Notes: generated from the letters alone by a model not told the origin. A DNA stretch of 64,000 nt from an uncultured virus (IMG/VR IMGVR_UViG_3300043442_000948) (IMGVR_UViG_3300043442_000948), one strand, 5' to 3'. Positions 39,601 to 50,052 are shown, counted from the first letter of the stretch. Numbers and translations are program-made.

Positions 39601-41205
39601 GAAGGTAAGCTCACTGAGTTACTAGCTTCTAACGTAGCTTTCACCCCGTCAGGGACAATCGCAGCATCTAGTGTACAGGCCGCTATCGCCGAGCTAGACA
39701 CTGAAGTCAACTCGGCGCTGACGACGGTTAACACGGCTATCAATACAACACTTCCTGGTTTAATTAATGCTAAAGAGCCTACGATTACTGCTGGTACACC
39801 CCTACAGTATTGGCGTGGTGACAAGTCTTGGCAGACCTTACCGACGTCGTTACCTCCAGAAGGAGCCGCGGGTGGCGATTTAGCTGGTCAATATCCCGAC
39901 CCTAGTCTGGCTTCTACTGGCGTGCTAGCGGGCACCTATAGTAACCCTACGATTACCGTTGACGCTAAAGGACGCATCACTTCCGCAGCAAATGGCGTAG
40001 GTGGCGGGGGTGGTGGAGGAGTTTCCTTTACTAGTAACGTAGAAAGTCTACTAGCTACAAAGCAACTGGTCTCTGAAGACGCTTACTTCCAGTTCCTGAC
40101 TCCTAGTGGGGCTAACCGCTCAGTCGTACTGACCCCTGGTTGGACAGGGCAAATCATTAATGACAGCGACGGTACTTATAGCATTGACATTAAAGAGACT
40201 GCTCTAGGGCCTGTCGTTTATAGCCTGAACGCAGCTACGAACGCTCAGAGTGTACTGGCTTGGTATAACGGCAGTGAGTATGTCTTACAAGAGACCGGGG
40301 TCTATATCCCTGACCCAGATAGCCTAAACGACCCTATCTATAACCGGGAAGCTATTTCGGCTACCAAGACGTTGACCTTACAGAGTCCTAAAGTCCAGCT
40401 GCTTACCCCAGTAGGAGTTGACCAGAACGTGGTGTTGGCGGTCGGCTGGCGGGGGTATATCGTTAATTTAAGCGAAGGTACCTACGGACTTCAGCTGCAA
40501 GAGACTGCCGGCGGGCCAGTTGTCTATACACTTAGCGCTGTAACAAACACCCAAGCCGTCGAAGTGTGGCACGATGGCGTCGAGTTCTGGATTCGGGAAG
40601 TTGGGGTCTTTGAAGACTTAGGCACGGTCATTGACTACAACACTCTAACCAACAAGCCAACTATTCCTACAACCCTACCACCCAGCGGGGCTGCGGGTGG
40701 GTCTTTAGCTGGGACTTATCCTAACCCAACGTTGGCGACTACAGCAGTGACTCCAGGGTCGTACACCAACGCGAATATTACCGTTGGAGCAGACGGGCGG
40801 ATTACTGCAGCTGCTAATGGTACCGGCGGCGGTGGAGGTTCCGTTAACTTTACCTGTAACCTTGAGACATTGGCAGGAACCAAAACTCTAGCGGCTGACA
40901 GCCCTTACTTCCAGCTGCTCAACCCCAACGGGGCAGCTCGTAGTGTTGAGCTACATTCCGGCTGGACGGGACAGATTATTAACGACAGCGATGGTACCTA
41001 CCCAATTAACTTAACCAGCGGGGCTATTCAGATTGCGGAGCTATCGTCAGCTACGAATTTGAAAAGCGTCCTCGTTTGGTACGCCGGGACAGAGTATGTT
41101 GTACAACAGACCGGTATATTTCAGCAGGAGTCTAACTACTCCGCCGGTGGGTTGACTAACACACAGCAAACCATGCTTAAGCTAGCACTGCGGAGGGGGT
41201 TGTAG
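36607..41205 (+). CDS. Large 1532 aa tail fibre with discoidin-like and carbohydrate-binding-like domains
   Basis: Repeats L..LSDV, TTDDLP.G.TNLYY, GQVL.Y...W; WIMFDFG...YTIR...NW.IQVS.DG...YRYIR...EVEFYG; NAGFESP domain. Confidence 0.85.
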   Translation: MVKQNYPGVIDNAATTVVTYLSELLDVSVNYSTITPGQVLTYDSVLQKWKPATFSAVVSVNGLTGVVSLSTSNIGEGSNLYFTNSRVDSRVAQLPLNQLSDVNTAGQAINDVLTYNGSAWVPTPVATVLTVQLDDLTDVSISNPTNGQVLTYNSTTQQWGPGAAVTLTNTDQLPEGSSNLYYTTGRVDTRIGQTSINALSDVNTSGSVNGQVLVKQSGIWQGADLVLPTTTDDLPQGSTNLYYSNSLFDTRLGQSSLNALSDVNTSASVNGQVLVKQSDVWQGADLVLPTTTDDLPQGTTNKYYSNSLVDTRLGQVSIDAFVDVSLAGITTGQVLAWNGSLLAPVTVLTTASTTDSINQGTNPDRRYLSNSNLTTALGVQSINALSDVTIASPKAGQALIYNSSIGQWQAGDVTTLSYSFTWQSNGDTRGVLYWLGTEALKVPHTSPALKSQPYGLTVTLSSNLPGTPTSYAVDRNVNTLVSTASEAGAWIMFDFGSNKLLSPKEYTIRGRNDSDTRHLRNWKIQVSQDGLSNWVDVDTQTNNPSIIQGGYFYGTTTAVDSYRYIRVLQTGLDSDGTEYLTLSEVEFYGDLVMSGVSAPTTTDDLPEGTTNLYYTNTRVGSYLSSATNYVGTNALTNNAVTFSKIQQVATNSLLGRYTAGTGVVEVITLGPGLVLNQGILSAPGNNLVTSVVGAVGDVTAAQVSTALNALTGTNRVNYNSLQNTPTALPPSGAAGGDLTGTYPNPTLGANVVTFSKFQQIGTSKLLGRSTAGTGNVEELSLGTGFTLVDGTLSAVGESSPLEVKYNSVAQGYAYTVNLIGLPGGLAYDAGTNTSTVYLAPVTAAQRTLSLLTNAGFESPTVSGWQSVVATGWGSILLGKNGNAYGNANAPEGTQVWIGQVVTAGDTRTISQTVTVPAGCYSLRVSLWLASRYASNNITVDILFNGSVVWTKTPVTHTSWQQYSTDWIDVVGGSTLTFAIRLTQAVTADHTTFVDGITFEGKLTELLASNVAFTPSGTIAASSVQAAIAELDTEVNSALTTVNTAINTTLPGLINAKEPTITAGTPLQYWRGDKSWQTLPTSLPPEGAAGGDLAGQYPDPSLASTGVLAGTYSNPTITVDAKGRITSAANGVGGGGGGGVSFTSNVESLLATKQLVSEDAYFQFLTPSGANRSVVLTPGWTGQIINDSDGTYSIDIKETALGPVVYSLNAATNAQSVLAWYNGSEYVLQETGVYIPDPDSLNDPIYNREAISATKTLTLQSPKVQLLTPVGVDQNVVLAVGWRGYIVNLSEGTYGLQLQETAGGPVVYTLSAVTNTQAVEVWHDGVEFWIREVGVFEDLGTVIDYNTLTNKPTIPTTLPPSGAAGGSLAGTYPNPTLATTAVTPGSYTNANITVGADGRITAAANGTGGGGGSVNFTCNLETLAGTKTLAADSPYFQLLNPNGAARSVELHSGWTGQIINDSDGTYPINLTSGAIQIAELSSATNLKSVLVWYAGTEYVVQQTGIFQQESNYSAGGLTNTQQTMLKLALRRGL

Positions 41206-41208
41206 AGT

Positions 41209-42132
41209 ATGCCTACGGAGATAAAGTATCCTCGTTTTGGACTTCCTACAATTAGAGAAGTTCTTCTTACTAACAAAACTTTTTTTGTTAGACCAAATGG
41301 CAATGATAATAACGACGGGCTTAGTGTTAATAACCCCTTTTTAACTATTCCAAAAGCTATTGATAGAAGCTCTAGGCTCGACTTCAATGGTTATACGGTA
41401 ACTATAAATGTCCTTGGTGGTTATTCTATAAGTTCTGCTATCTTGTTTAAAGATTGGGTTGGTTCCGGCAGCTTGATTATTGACGGTAACAGCTCTGAGT
41501 CTACCATCATCACTTATGATAATAATGCTGATAACGGTGAAAATAGCGGGCCGCAGTTTTGCTTTTGGGCTAGTGGCAACTTAAAGCCTGTGATTATTCA
41601 AAACGTTAAGCTTGTTAATAATAGAGTTACCGCTGTGGGGCATCAAGGTCTTATTAAAGTAGATACAGGTGGGACAGTTCATTTAAAAGATATAGATTTT
41701 GGCTCCAATGCTAACTCTGCCTACGGTGGGCATCTTGTTATCGAGGGTGGTAGGAGCACTACTACTTTTTTAAGCGGGTCTAATTATAAGATCAGCGGTG
41801 GTCGTACAGGTACTTCAAGTATCTACAGATTTATCTTTTGTCGGTCAGGAGCATCTGTTAATTTTTCTAATCCATTTACTGCCACAGTCACGAATAATAT
41901 AAACTTTTCCTATTTCTTTGAAATATATGGAGGTACTTTACAAGCTTGGCTTGGTAGTACTACTTTAGGTACTTATTTTAATAAACAAGGTTTTACCGTA
42001 ACAGGGCAGCGTTATCTATGCGATGCCAATGGAACTTTTGTCCACTTTGGTGGTAGTGGTTTTTACTCAACCAGAGGAGAAATCCCCGGCACAATAGCTG
42101 GCGTAACTAATACAGGAAGCGTAGACGCATAA
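41209..42132 (+). CDS. Putative beta-helix tail spike / receptor-binding protein (AT-rich gene)
   Basis: FFVRPNGNDNNDGLS..NPFLTI.KAID motif. Confidence 0.7.
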   Translation: MPTEIKYPRFGLPTIREVLLTNKTFFVRPNGNDNNDGLSVNNPFLTIPKAIDRSSRLDFNGYTVTINVLGGYSISSAILFKDWVGSGSLIIDGNSSESTIITYDNNADNGENSGPQFCFWASGNLKPVIIQNVKLVNNRVTAVGHQGLIKVDTGGTVHLKDIDFGSNANSAYGGHLVIEGGRSTTTFLSGSNYKISGGRTGTSSIYRFIFCRSGASVNFSNPFTATVTNNINFSYFFEIYGGTLQAWLGSTTLGTYFNKQGFTVTGQRYLCDANGTFVHFGGSGFYSTRGEIPGTIAGVTNTGSVDA

Positions 42133-42560
42133 TGGCTAAATCAGACGTTCTTTACATCCCCAAGCAATACCAAGCCTTTGGCAACTCCTTTGCCAGTGCT
42201 GACGGCACTACCCTTAAGACGTTATACACCGCGCCAACGGACGATGCCAATCTTATCTTGCTCAGCATTACTAGCTCCGATACAGCGGCAACGGATGTGT
42301 TGCTATACCTAGCCATCGACGGTACTGACCGGCTGATTGGTCACATCGACGTACCTATCGGCGCTGGTACTAATGGCACAGCCAACGCTGTTGACGGACT
42401 AAATGCCACCAACCTCCCTTTTATCTTGGTCGATGACACAGGGATTAACCACTTCCTACCACTTAAGGGCGGGGTTATTCTGAAAGCTGGTATGCGCGCG
42501 GCAGTGACCTCTGGTTGCACCGTTACGATTACTGGTATCGTAGCTGACTACACAGCCTAG
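42132..42560 (+). CDS. Virion structural protein
   Basis: TLYTAP...DY pattern; in the tail operon. Confidence 0.65.
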   Translation: MAKSDVLYIPKQYQAFGNSFASADGTTLKTLYTAPTDDANLILLSITSSDTAATDVLLYLAIDGTDRLIGHIDVPIGAGTNGTANAVDGLNATNLPFILVDDTGINHFLPLKGGVILKAGMRAAVTSGCTVTITGIVADYTA

Positions 42561-42568
42561 GAGGAGTT

Positions 42569-43300
42569 ATGTTAAAGGGTGGTATGGGTCGTAGCGCGTT
42601 GAGTTTACCTGCTAAGACGGTCGAAAAGTCAGGAAATACAAGTTCGATTAAAGATAGTTTAATACTTGACTTAAAAATAGCTTGGGAATTCAATTCTCTT
42701 AATAGATTCATGCCGCTGGTTACTGGTGGAGTATTAGATAGTTTATGTTATCAATATAATGGAACTCAATTTAACGCCCCCGTAACCTCGAATACACAGT
42801 TTGGTAACAAAAGTTTTAGCGTAGCCTTTTTAGTAAATAACCTGTTACCTGATAACTCAAGCTACACTTTCAGTATGTTATTTGCTGCTGATCATTTTGA
42901 CTCTGGTCAAAGGGAAGGGGCAATATCTCTTTATAAACCATCTTTGAGTAATTGGGGTGTTAGTCTTGATTTTGGTGATGGTAGTTCTGCGCTTCCTTTA
43001 AGAATGAGTGCGTCTATGAGTTACAATCTCTGGACTTTAATAATTCTAAATCATAATGTTCTAACTAAAACTGGCACTTTGTATTTAAATAATGCGTTGG
43101 TATCAACAGTCTCTTATACTAGTACATTAGGAACTTCCTCTTATACTAGAAACTTCGGCTATAGACATACTGGTAGTGGTATAAGCGGTGACTTTTCAGC
43201 TTGTAAGTGCCAGTTTTTCTACAAATGGGATAGAGAGCTCACTTCTATAGAAAGAGATTGGCTTTATAACAACGGGAACTTCCGCTTTTTAACGCTATGA
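42569..43300 (+). CDS. LamG/concanavalin A-like domain protein (AT-rich gene)
   Basis: SFSVAF...W.LI......LYLN...WDRELT..E...LYNNG. Confidence 0.7.
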   Translation: MLKGGMGRSALSLPAKTVEKSGNTSSIKDSLILDLKIAWEFNSLNRFMPLVTGGVLDSLCYQYNGTQFNAPVTSNTQFGNKSFSVAFLVNNLLPDNSSYTFSMLFAADHFDSGQREGAISLYKPSLSNWGVSLDFGDGSSALPLRMSASMSYNLWTLIILNHNVLTKTGTLYLNNALVSTVSYTSTLGTSSYTRNFGYRHTGSGISGDFSACKCQFFYKWDRELTSIERDWLYNNGNFRFLTL

Positions 43301-44487
43301 CTAAGTTTATCTATTCTGCTAAGAACCCCGGCGCGACGACTGCTGTTGCAGCTACTGTGGCTACCTTTACTGCTACCACTGCTTCTCTCGCAACCAACGC
43401 CAGCGCGGATGTTAACTATGCTGTTGCCGAGTCAGGTATCTTAGTAAGTTTCACGGCTGACAGGGCCTGTCTGGTGCGAGTCTATGACTCTGCTACCGCC
43501 CGGGCAGCAGATACTCGTACCTACAACCAAGCTGTCCCGTCGGCGGGTGTAACTGGACTTATTGTAGAGCTAGAGATTGACCCAGCTATCGCAGCTACGT
43601 TAGATGCCAATGTAGTGTTTGCTAACAATGAGACCCCCAAGCAAGGAGCAGTCTACGCGCGGGTATTTAACTTAGCGTCAACTGGCATTGTACAGCTAGA
43701 TGTAAGAGTAGTTAAGCATCTACTAGTTGACGGAGCGTTAACATCTTCTTCTGTCGCTCCCACGTTTGTTCCTGTTAACGCTCCAACACTCTTAACTCAA
43801 GGTGGGTATTATTTTACTAATTCTTTAGCAAGTAACATAGAGGCTTCTTTTAGCTCACCCCCAGTAGGCACTTATGTAAAATGGTATAACGACTCAACTA
43901 AGTCAGTTATCATTTCTGGGTTTACTACGATAAACGGCTCTAGTATTCCGGCTAATCAAGGTATTGCTGTGGTAATGACTTCGATGCTTGAGTTTTACTC
44001 TGATACTATAGGTAACGCCAAGATTCTTTCTGGGGCACAAAATCTGGCCTATATCCCTGGGCAGGAGCCCCCAGGATTTGCATGGTGGCGGGTGGATTTT
44101 AACTGGATTCTAACGGAAATACAATTTTACTATGAAGACGCTCCGAATACTGTGGTTACGTTGAACGGCGGAAATATTGTATCTTTTACCCGCTCTGCTA
44201 CATACAGTACCGGAGCTCTTCAATATGAATCTGCGGTGCTGAACGACGGGTCAAGTTCACTCTACACTGGTAGAACTGATGGTCTTTTTCAATCTTATAT
44301 AATTAACATTCCAATAAATAAAAATGTTTCGGCTGTGCATTTAATGGGACAAAGTAGTGGGAATAACAGACCGACTGAAGTCAGATTATATAAAGGGTCT
44401 GATGCGTCAACATGGGTTTTAGTAAAGACTTGGACTGGTAGCCCACTTTCTATAACTGATGGTACTGGATCCAAATTTATAGTTTAA
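43297..44487 (+). CDS. Tail-associated protein; N-domain shared with the C-terminus of 31511-33223
   Basis: CLVRVY...ARAADTR...VTGLIVELE versus CLIRLY...ARAADSR...VAGLVLEVE. Confidence 0.7.
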   Translation: MTKFIYSAKNPGATTAVAATVATFTATTASLATNASADVNYAVAESGILVSFTADRACLVRVYDSATARAADTRTYNQAVPSAGVTGLIVELEIDPAIAATLDANVVFANNETPKQGAVYARVFNLASTGIVQLDVRVVKHLLVDGALTSSSVAPTFVPVNAPTLLTQGGYYFTNSLASNIEASFSSPPVGTYVKWYNDSTKSVIISGFTTINGSSIPANQGIAVVMTSMLEFYSDTIGNAKILSGAQNLAYIPGQEPPGFAWWRVDFNWILTEIQFYYEDAPNTVVTLNGGNIVSFTRSATYSTGALQYESAVLNDGSSSLYTGRTDGLFQSYIINIPINKNVSAVHLMGQSSGNNRPTEVRLYKGSDASTWVLVKTWTGSPLSITDGTGSKFIV

Positions 44488-44489
44488 TT

Positions 44490-44762
44490 ATGACTCAAAT
44501 TATCAAGCTACGGAACATTCCCACCCCGGTCGTTGAGGTTACCTACGTCAACGTTAACTACCCAGGGATGCTGCTCTACGGCGATATTACCCTGGTCGTA
44601 CCTAGCAGCTATGCTTATAGTAACCCGCTGTTGCTGCTTACCGAACTAGAGCGGGACACAGGGGAGATTATCTACGCGCCAACTAGTTTCCAAACGACTG
44701 GTAGCGCAGAGTACGCAGCTCCGGCGCTGGGGTCGCTGACGGTTAACGCAAGGGGGTTCTAA
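44490..44762 (+). CDS. Small hypothetical structural protein
   Basis: ORF tiling. Confidence 0.6.
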   Translation: MTQIIKLRNIPTPVVEVTYVNVNYPGMLLYGDITLVVPSSYAYSNPLLLLTELERDTGEIIYAPTSFQTTGSAEYAAPALGSLTVNARGF

Positions 44763-45680
44763 GTGCCACTTATCTTTCTTAACGGCGGGGCACCCGACTA
44801 CATGGGGTATGTCTTTACGACGACCTCCGACTTGATTAACACAATAGAGAATACCCTCCAGACCGCTGGCTGGCAGACTGTAGAGAAGGCCGGCGACGGG
44901 CTGACCTTATTCATGAAGGGTATCACCAGCCAGAACTCCCATGAGTGTTTCATGGAGTTTAAGGTGTCGGCCAATGGGAGTGTTACCAACGGCTTTTGGT
45001 TAGACCACCGCGGCTTCTTAGATGCAGCTCGAAGCGCAGGTTCCCCAGCAGCTACCTTACGACATAGCTACGTCGTAGGGCAGCCCAACCGGCTGTGGTT
45101 GACTGCTGATAACGACTCGGGCTGTATATCCGTTCTGGACGCCACTAATACAATGCGCGGCTCTCATTTCGGCTTTCTAAACCGGGTGGATATCACCGAC
45201 CAATGGGCTTGGATGGTAGGTTGGATACACTCTTTAGGTTACCAATACGTTTACACAGCTAAGTCCAAGTTTAATAACACTAACTGGCGGCTGTTGAGCG
45301 ATGATTATAACAGTTATACAACCCGGACTAGCAGCACCTATCCGGCTATCCCGACCTCTACATTTGACTTTATGCAGCGCGGGTTTGGTCGCCACAATTA
45401 TTATGCCTACGGAACCACTGACAGTCCGTTCTACAATGGACACTACGGTCGGTTGAATTATACCGGTCGTCCTGTTATAGACCCGTACTGCTACCAAGAA
45501 GGACGGGGCTCGACGACAGCCTATGGAGGGTATCAACTGCTTTACTTCCGGGGTTATGTTAAACACGCTTATTGTGGTGTAGCATCGCTGCCTCAAGCAG
45601 CTCAAGTCGTGGACACGACGGGCTATCGGATATTATCTGTAGGCGCGGCTGGTGGCTGGCAAGGAATGAGGATAGCGTAA
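44763..45680 (+). CDS. Paralogue 1 of 4, ~305 aa putative virion/receptor-binding protein
   Basis: Conserved NRLWLTAD, HFGFL.R..TDQWAWM.G, EGR, YCG, WQGMRI. Confidence 0.8.
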   Translation: MPLIFLNGGAPDYMGYVFTTTSDLINTIENTLQTAGWQTVEKAGDGLTLFMKGITSQNSHECFMEFKVSANGSVTNGFWLDHRGFLDAARSAGSPAATLRHSYVVGQPNRLWLTADNDSGCISVLDATNTMRGSHFGFLNRVDITDQWAWMVGWIHSLGYQYVYTAKSKFNNTNWRLLSDDYNSYTTRTSSTYPAIPTSTFDFMQRGFGRHNYYAYGTTDSPFYNGHYGRLNYTGRPVIDPYCYQEGRGSTTAYGGYQLLYFRGYVKHAYCGVASLPQAAQVVDTTGYRILSVGAAGGWQGMRIA

Positions 45681-46615
45681 TGCCTTTAGTATTTGTAAAT
45701 GGACAGGCGCCTGACTACAACGGATTTATCTTTACGACATCCACTGGGGTTATTGATGAAGTCCAAGAGACATTGGTCGCCGCCGGCTGGACGACTTATT
45801 ACAAAGCTCCAGACGGTTTATCACTAACAATGGTGGGTACGACCGCGGTGGGGGCTCATACCTGCAGTATGGAGTTTAACGTCGGAACTTATGGGTCGGT
45901 AACCAATGGGAAGTACTTAAACCTCCGGGCTTGGCATGAACCAACTAAAGTTACGGGAAGTCCTATTAATACCCACCGCCTGATTTTTGTTGAAGGTAAA
46001 ATCAATCGGCTGTGGTTGACAGCTGACCAGGACTCCGGCTGTATTTCTATTTGGGGGGCTGAGGGTAGCATGAGCGGCTGGCACTTTGGTTTTCTAGATC
46101 GGATAGATGCCACCGACCAATGGGCTTGGATGATTGGGCAGCTAGCCTCCAGTAGTTATTCAACCGCTTACGTTGCTAAATCCAAGCACGCTAGTACCAA
46201 CTGGTATCGATTAAGTAATGACTTTGGGACTGGTAGCAGCTATACCAGCGCAGAGTTTAACGCGGACTATTCTACCCATCCACACACGACGTTAGACTTT
46301 ACAATGCGAGGGCAGTGGTATGAAAGTAGTTTCTCTAATGCTGACACGCGTAATGCTTTTTATTATCCCTGGCAGGGGCGGTTAAATTACAATGGGCAAG
46401 CAATTATAGACCCGTACTGTTACATGGAAGGACGCGGCGGGATGTCTGTGTATACGGTCGGTAGTTACCTGCCGTTGTATTACCGTGGCTACGTCAAGAA
46501 TGCTTACTGCGGAGTCGCTAGTTTGTCAGCTGGTGCCCAGTTAGTAGACGCAGCTACGGGCTACCGGATTTTATCGGTTGGCGGTAGTTGGTGGCAAGGA
46601 ATGAGGATTTTGTAG
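45680..46615 (+). CDS. Paralogue 2 of 4
   Basis: Start at MPLVFVNG, coupled via TAATG; same motifs. Confidence 0.8.
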   Translation: MPLVFVNGQAPDYNGFIFTTSTGVIDEVQETLVAAGWTTYYKAPDGLSLTMVGTTAVGAHTCSMEFNVGTYGSVTNGKYLNLRAWHEPTKVTGSPINTHRLIFVEGKINRLWLTADQDSGCISIWGAEGSMSGWHFGFLDRIDATDQWAWMIGQLASSSYSTAYVAKSKHASTNWYRLSNDFGTGSSYTSAEFNADYSTHPHTTLDFTMRGQWYESSFSNADTRNAFYYPWQGRLNYNGQAIIDPYCYMEGRGGMSVYTVGSYLPLYYRGYVKNAYCGVASLSAGAQLVDAATGYRILSVGGSWWQGMRIL

Positions 46616-46616
46616 T

Positions 46617-47531
46617 ATGCCTTTAACTTTTATTAACGGCGGCGGGCCTGCTTACCGAGGGGATATCTTTACTACAGGGGCGGAGTTAATTGACAAGCTA
46701 GATACTTATCTAACTACAGCAGGCTGGACGGAGATTACTAAAGTATCCGGTACGAGCCTACTCATGCAAGGTAACTCAACCAATGGGCATACCTGCTTTG
46801 TTCAGTTTGTTATTAAAGTAAACAGCGGTTTAACAAACGGTCGTTACTTAGTAGTCCGGGGCTTTCATGCTCAAGACTTAATTACAGGCTCTCCTGATAA
46901 CTACCACCAGTTTACCTTTCGGGAAAGCGGAATTAATCGGTTGTGGCTAACCGCGGATGAAGACTCTGGTTGTTTGTGTATTTGGGGGTCTACTGCTTCC
47001 TGTGCAGGAATGCACTTTGGATTTCTAGACCGAATTGAACCAACTGACCAATGGGCTTGGATGGTAGGTTGGATATACTCCTTAGGCATTCTCTACGCGT
47101 TTGCAGCTAAGTCTAAACACGACGGCACGAACTGGCGAAATATCAAGGCGGTTTATGACTATACAGCTAGTGACGACCCCTGGAGTCGATATTCCGTTCT
47201 CCCCACTAGTTGTTTTGACGCTGTTGCTAGAGGGAAACCTTATATCAGCTACTCTGACGGAACCAACCTAAACGCTTTTTACTATCCAAATGAAGGGAAA
47301 AATAACTACACTGGTAACCCTTTGATTGACCGGTACCACTACTTAGAAGGCCGGGCTTCTACGACGGATTACGCAGCTGCCCAAACAACTTTATACTTTC
47401 GGGGCTATGTCAAGTATGCTTACTGCGGAGTGTCTCAACATGCAGCCACCCGAATAACAACTAATCCATTTAACAACGAAGTTATTTTGTCAGTAGGTGG
47501 CGCTAACTGGCAAGGAATGAGGATAGCATAA
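46617..47531 (+). CDS. Paralogue 3 of 4
   Basis: Same motifs. Confidence 0.8.
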   Translation: MPLTFINGGGPAYRGDIFTTGAELIDKLDTYLTTAGWTEITKVSGTSLLMQGNSTNGHTCFVQFVIKVNSGLTNGRYLVVRGFHAQDLITGSPDNYHQFTFRESGINRLWLTADEDSGCLCIWGSTASCAGMHFGFLDRIEPTDQWAWMVGWIYSLGILYAFAAKSKHDGTNWRNIKAVYDYTASDDPWSRYSVLPTSCFDAVARGKPYISYSDGTNLNAFYYPNEGKNNYTGNPLIDRYHYLEGRASTTDYAAAQTTLYFRGYVKYAYCGVSQHAATRITTNPFNNEVILSVGGANWQGMRIA

Positions 47532-48454
47532 TGCCTTTAGTGTTTTTGAATGGAGCATCGCCGGACTACACCGGTTTCACTTTTACAGACGGGGCGGTGT
47601 TGTTAAATACCATCCGGGATACCTTGGTATCGGCTGGCTGGACGATGTTAACAGAGACCGCTGGCTCGACGGTGTACCTACAAGGAACTAGTATTACCAA
47701 TAGTCACCCGTGTTACATGCAGTTTTCAGTAAAGACCAACACCGGGAAGACCAACGGACGGTACTTAGTTATCCGGGGCTGGCAGACTTACAACGCTCCT
47801 AGTACGTTTACTACGGCGTCGCCGGACGATACCCTCCGGTTGGAGTTTATCCAGACGGGTACGAATCGGCTGTGGCTTACCGCTGACCAAGAAGCTGGAG
47901 CAGTGTGTATCTTTGCTAGTGACGGTACTGCTGGCGGGATGCACTTTGGTTTCTTAGACCGGATTAGTCAGACTGACCAATGGGCGTGGATGGTCGGTTT
48001 TATTCATGCCCGTGGCTACGAGTGGGCTTACGTTGCTAAGTCTGGTTTTAACTCAACCAACTGGCGGCTGCTAGTTAGTGACTACAATGTGGGCACTAAC
48101 TACAGTGATTACTCAATGTCTTTACCCGTCAGCACCTTCGATTTAACGATGCGTGGCAAGCCTAGAGACAGCTACGACACTACTAGCAGCAATACCAACG
48201 CGTTTAGAAGTGCTCCTAACGGAAGGCTTAACTACGACGGGAAGGCTGTTATTGACCCCTATTATTACCTAGAAGGCCGGGGCTCCACGACGGCTTACGC
48301 CATTCAGTCGGCCCTTTACTTCCGTGGGTTAGTTAAATACGCTTACTGCGGGCTGGCGTCCCAGAACGCTTGTTTGTTCTGTACAGACCCAACGACGAAC
48401 TATCGGATTCTATCCGTCGGTGGGTCACAGTGGCAAGGTATGCGCATTCTTTAG
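47531..48454 (+). CDS. Paralogue 4 of 4
   Basis: Same motifs. Confidence 0.8.
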   Translation: MPLVFLNGASPDYTGFTFTDGAVLLNTIRDTLVSAGWTMLTETAGSTVYLQGTSITNSHPCYMQFSVKTNTGKTNGRYLVIRGWQTYNAPSTFTTASPDDTLRLEFIQTGTNRLWLTADQEAGAVCIFASDGTAGGMHFGFLDRISQTDQWAWMVGFIHARGYEWAYVAKSGFNSTNWRLLVSDYNVGTNYSDYSMSLPVSTFDLTMRGKPRDSYDTTSSNTNAFRSAPNGRLNYDGKAVIDPYYYLEGRGSTTAYAIQSALYFRGLVKYAYCGLASQNACLFCTDPTTNYRILSVGGSQWQGMRIL

Positions 48455-48455
48455 C

Positions 48456-48941
48456 CTACTGGAGTAAATGGCTCTCCAGGAAGTAGATATATTTGTTGAC
48501 CTTTGCTTGCGCGGTCATCAAATCGTTCTGGGTGGTCAAATCTAACGTAGCCGTCTGACCGATGGCTTCAATCAGATAGGCGCTGACTGCAGCTAACCGT
48601 TTAGCGACCTCGGTAATTAACCCCTTTGGTTCCGTTTGCTCTAACGGGAACAACGGCAGCCGGCTTTCCTGAGTAGCGTACTCAATGGTTCCATAGGCCT
48701 GACCACCTAGGCTGATAACTGCTTCTGCGAAGGCATCAGTCAGTTCGCTGGCTAGGTCGTAGATTTCGTCAAACAGTCGATGGACGGAGATGAACTCCGC
48801 GCCTTTGACATTCCAGTGGGCTTGTTTAGCTGCGTAGGTCAGGCTGATGCAGTCAGCAACTAGCTGGTTTAGGATAACTACTATCTGGCGGCGGTCAGCC
48901 TCAGGTAGCGGGTTGAAGGTGGGGTGCATTATGACTTTCAT
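48456..48941 (-). CDS. dps: Dps family DNA-protecting ferritin-like protein
   Basis: KQAHWNVKG.EF..VH.LFDE...D.FAE...LGG...GT. Confidence 0.9.
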   Translation of the reverse strand: MKVIMHPTFNPLPEADRRQIVVILNQLVADCISLTYAAKQAHWNVKGAEFISVHRLFDEIYDLASELTDAFAEAVISLGGQAYGTIEYATQESRLPLFPLEQTEPKGLITEVAKRLAAVSAYLIEAIGQTATLDLTTQNDLMTAQAKVNKYIYFLESHLLQ

Positions 48942-49555
48942 TAATCGTTATCCGTATAAAAGTTTTCTTCGTCGAACTCCCCATCTGAACCATCTAACAT
49001 TTCAGGTAGTAGTTCTTCTTCGTGAAGTTGGTACATGCCCTGCACGGCGCTGATTAGACTGGTTCGCTGCTCAACCTGCATTTGTTTAATTAGGTCTTGG
49101 ATATACTCACAGTTCAGCTGACGCCAACTGAATGGAACAGCCACCTCAACTATTTCACTAGTTTCGTTGTTACCATCCAGATGGCTTGTTATAGTTGCTG
49201 TTCCTAAGGTACAAACGTCATTGATTAACGTACACAGCTCTGACGCGGCTAAGCCGCCGGGGAGTCCAGGGTGGGTCATTGTGTTCAATGTACCAACACA
49301 GAGAAACAAAAACAGGTGGTCGTTGTAGGTACGAATAGAAAACAAATATTCACCAGAGAAGTAAACTTCTAGCTTGATTTTGTCCAAGGTGTTTGTAACT
49401 TTACACCGCACAATCCCGTCGCTGTTAAAGCGGGCGATTAGAAACTGTAGGAACTTTTCGGATGTTTCTATCTCCCGTTTAAATAGGTAGACAGCTATCT
49501 GTTGGTAAATGCCGAATAGAGTTTTAAGCATGTTATTTTTCCTGGCGGCGTCCAT
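48941..49555 (-). CDS. Hypothetical protein
   Basis: 204 aa ORF. Confidence 0.6.
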   Translation of the reverse strand: MDAARKNNMLKTLFGIYQQIAVYLFKREIETSEKFLQFLIARFNSDGIVRCKVTNTLDKIKLEVYFSGEYLFSIRTYNDHLFLFLCVGTLNTMTHPGLPGGLAASELCTLINDVCTLGTATITSHLDGNNETSEIVEVAVPFSWRQLNCEYIQDLIKQMQVEQRTSLISAVQGMYQLHEEELLPEMLDGSDGEFDEENFYTDND

Positions 49556-49859
49556 ACTTAATTAGTAGCTCTTTTATTGAAAGGCGGTAGTAATCAAGCT
49601 CTGGGTCGTTTTCTAACTTTATTACTTGGTCTGTCCAAACTTCTGTACCGTCCGCTCGTCTGCCACGAAAGATTTTGTTTTCGTTCTGCAGTCTTTGGAC
49701 GTATTTAATTGTTCGGTTTCTTAGTATCCGACATTCGTCTTCCGTAAGGTTGTCTAATCTATGCCGCTTAGATACGATTTCATCAACGGATAAAGCTTTA
49801 GGAGACTTTCGCAGTAGTCCGATTATACTAATCGGGCTACGAGACAGGTTACGTTGCAT
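49533..49859 (-). CDS. Putative winged-helix DNA-binding protein
   Basis: LLRKSPKALSVDEI...VQRL....KI pattern. Confidence 0.5.
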   Translation of the reverse strand: MQRNLSRSPISIIGLLRKSPKALSVDEIVSKRHRLDNLTEDECRILRNRTIKYVQRLQNENKIFRGRRADGTEVWTDQVIKLENDPELDYYRLSIKELLIKYGRRQEK

Positions 49860-50040
49860 CGGCGGTGCTGGCCTTTAAGACTAAGAGTTTATCAAGCGCT
49901 TTCTTGGCTCTATACACTGTCCAGGGATGGCTGAGTAGCTGTTTGATATCACTATCGGAATAATGAATGTACCTAGATTCTATCTCATCATCTGTTAAAT
50001 GCAGGATAGTTTGTTGTTCGTAGAAAAGATTAAAGGTCAT
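49849..50040 (-). CDS. Small hypothetical protein
   Basis: ORF tiling. Confidence 0.5.
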   Translation of the reverse strand: MTFNLFYEQQTILHLTDDEIESRYIHYSDSDIKQLLSHPWTVYRAKKALDKLLVLKASTADAT

Positions 50041-50052
50041 AGTAATTACGTG

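Noticed and set aside
44763..48454. Diversity-generating retroelement or shufflon
   Set aside because: No reverse transcriptase, no template/variable repeat pair differing at adenines, no invertase or inverted sites in the window
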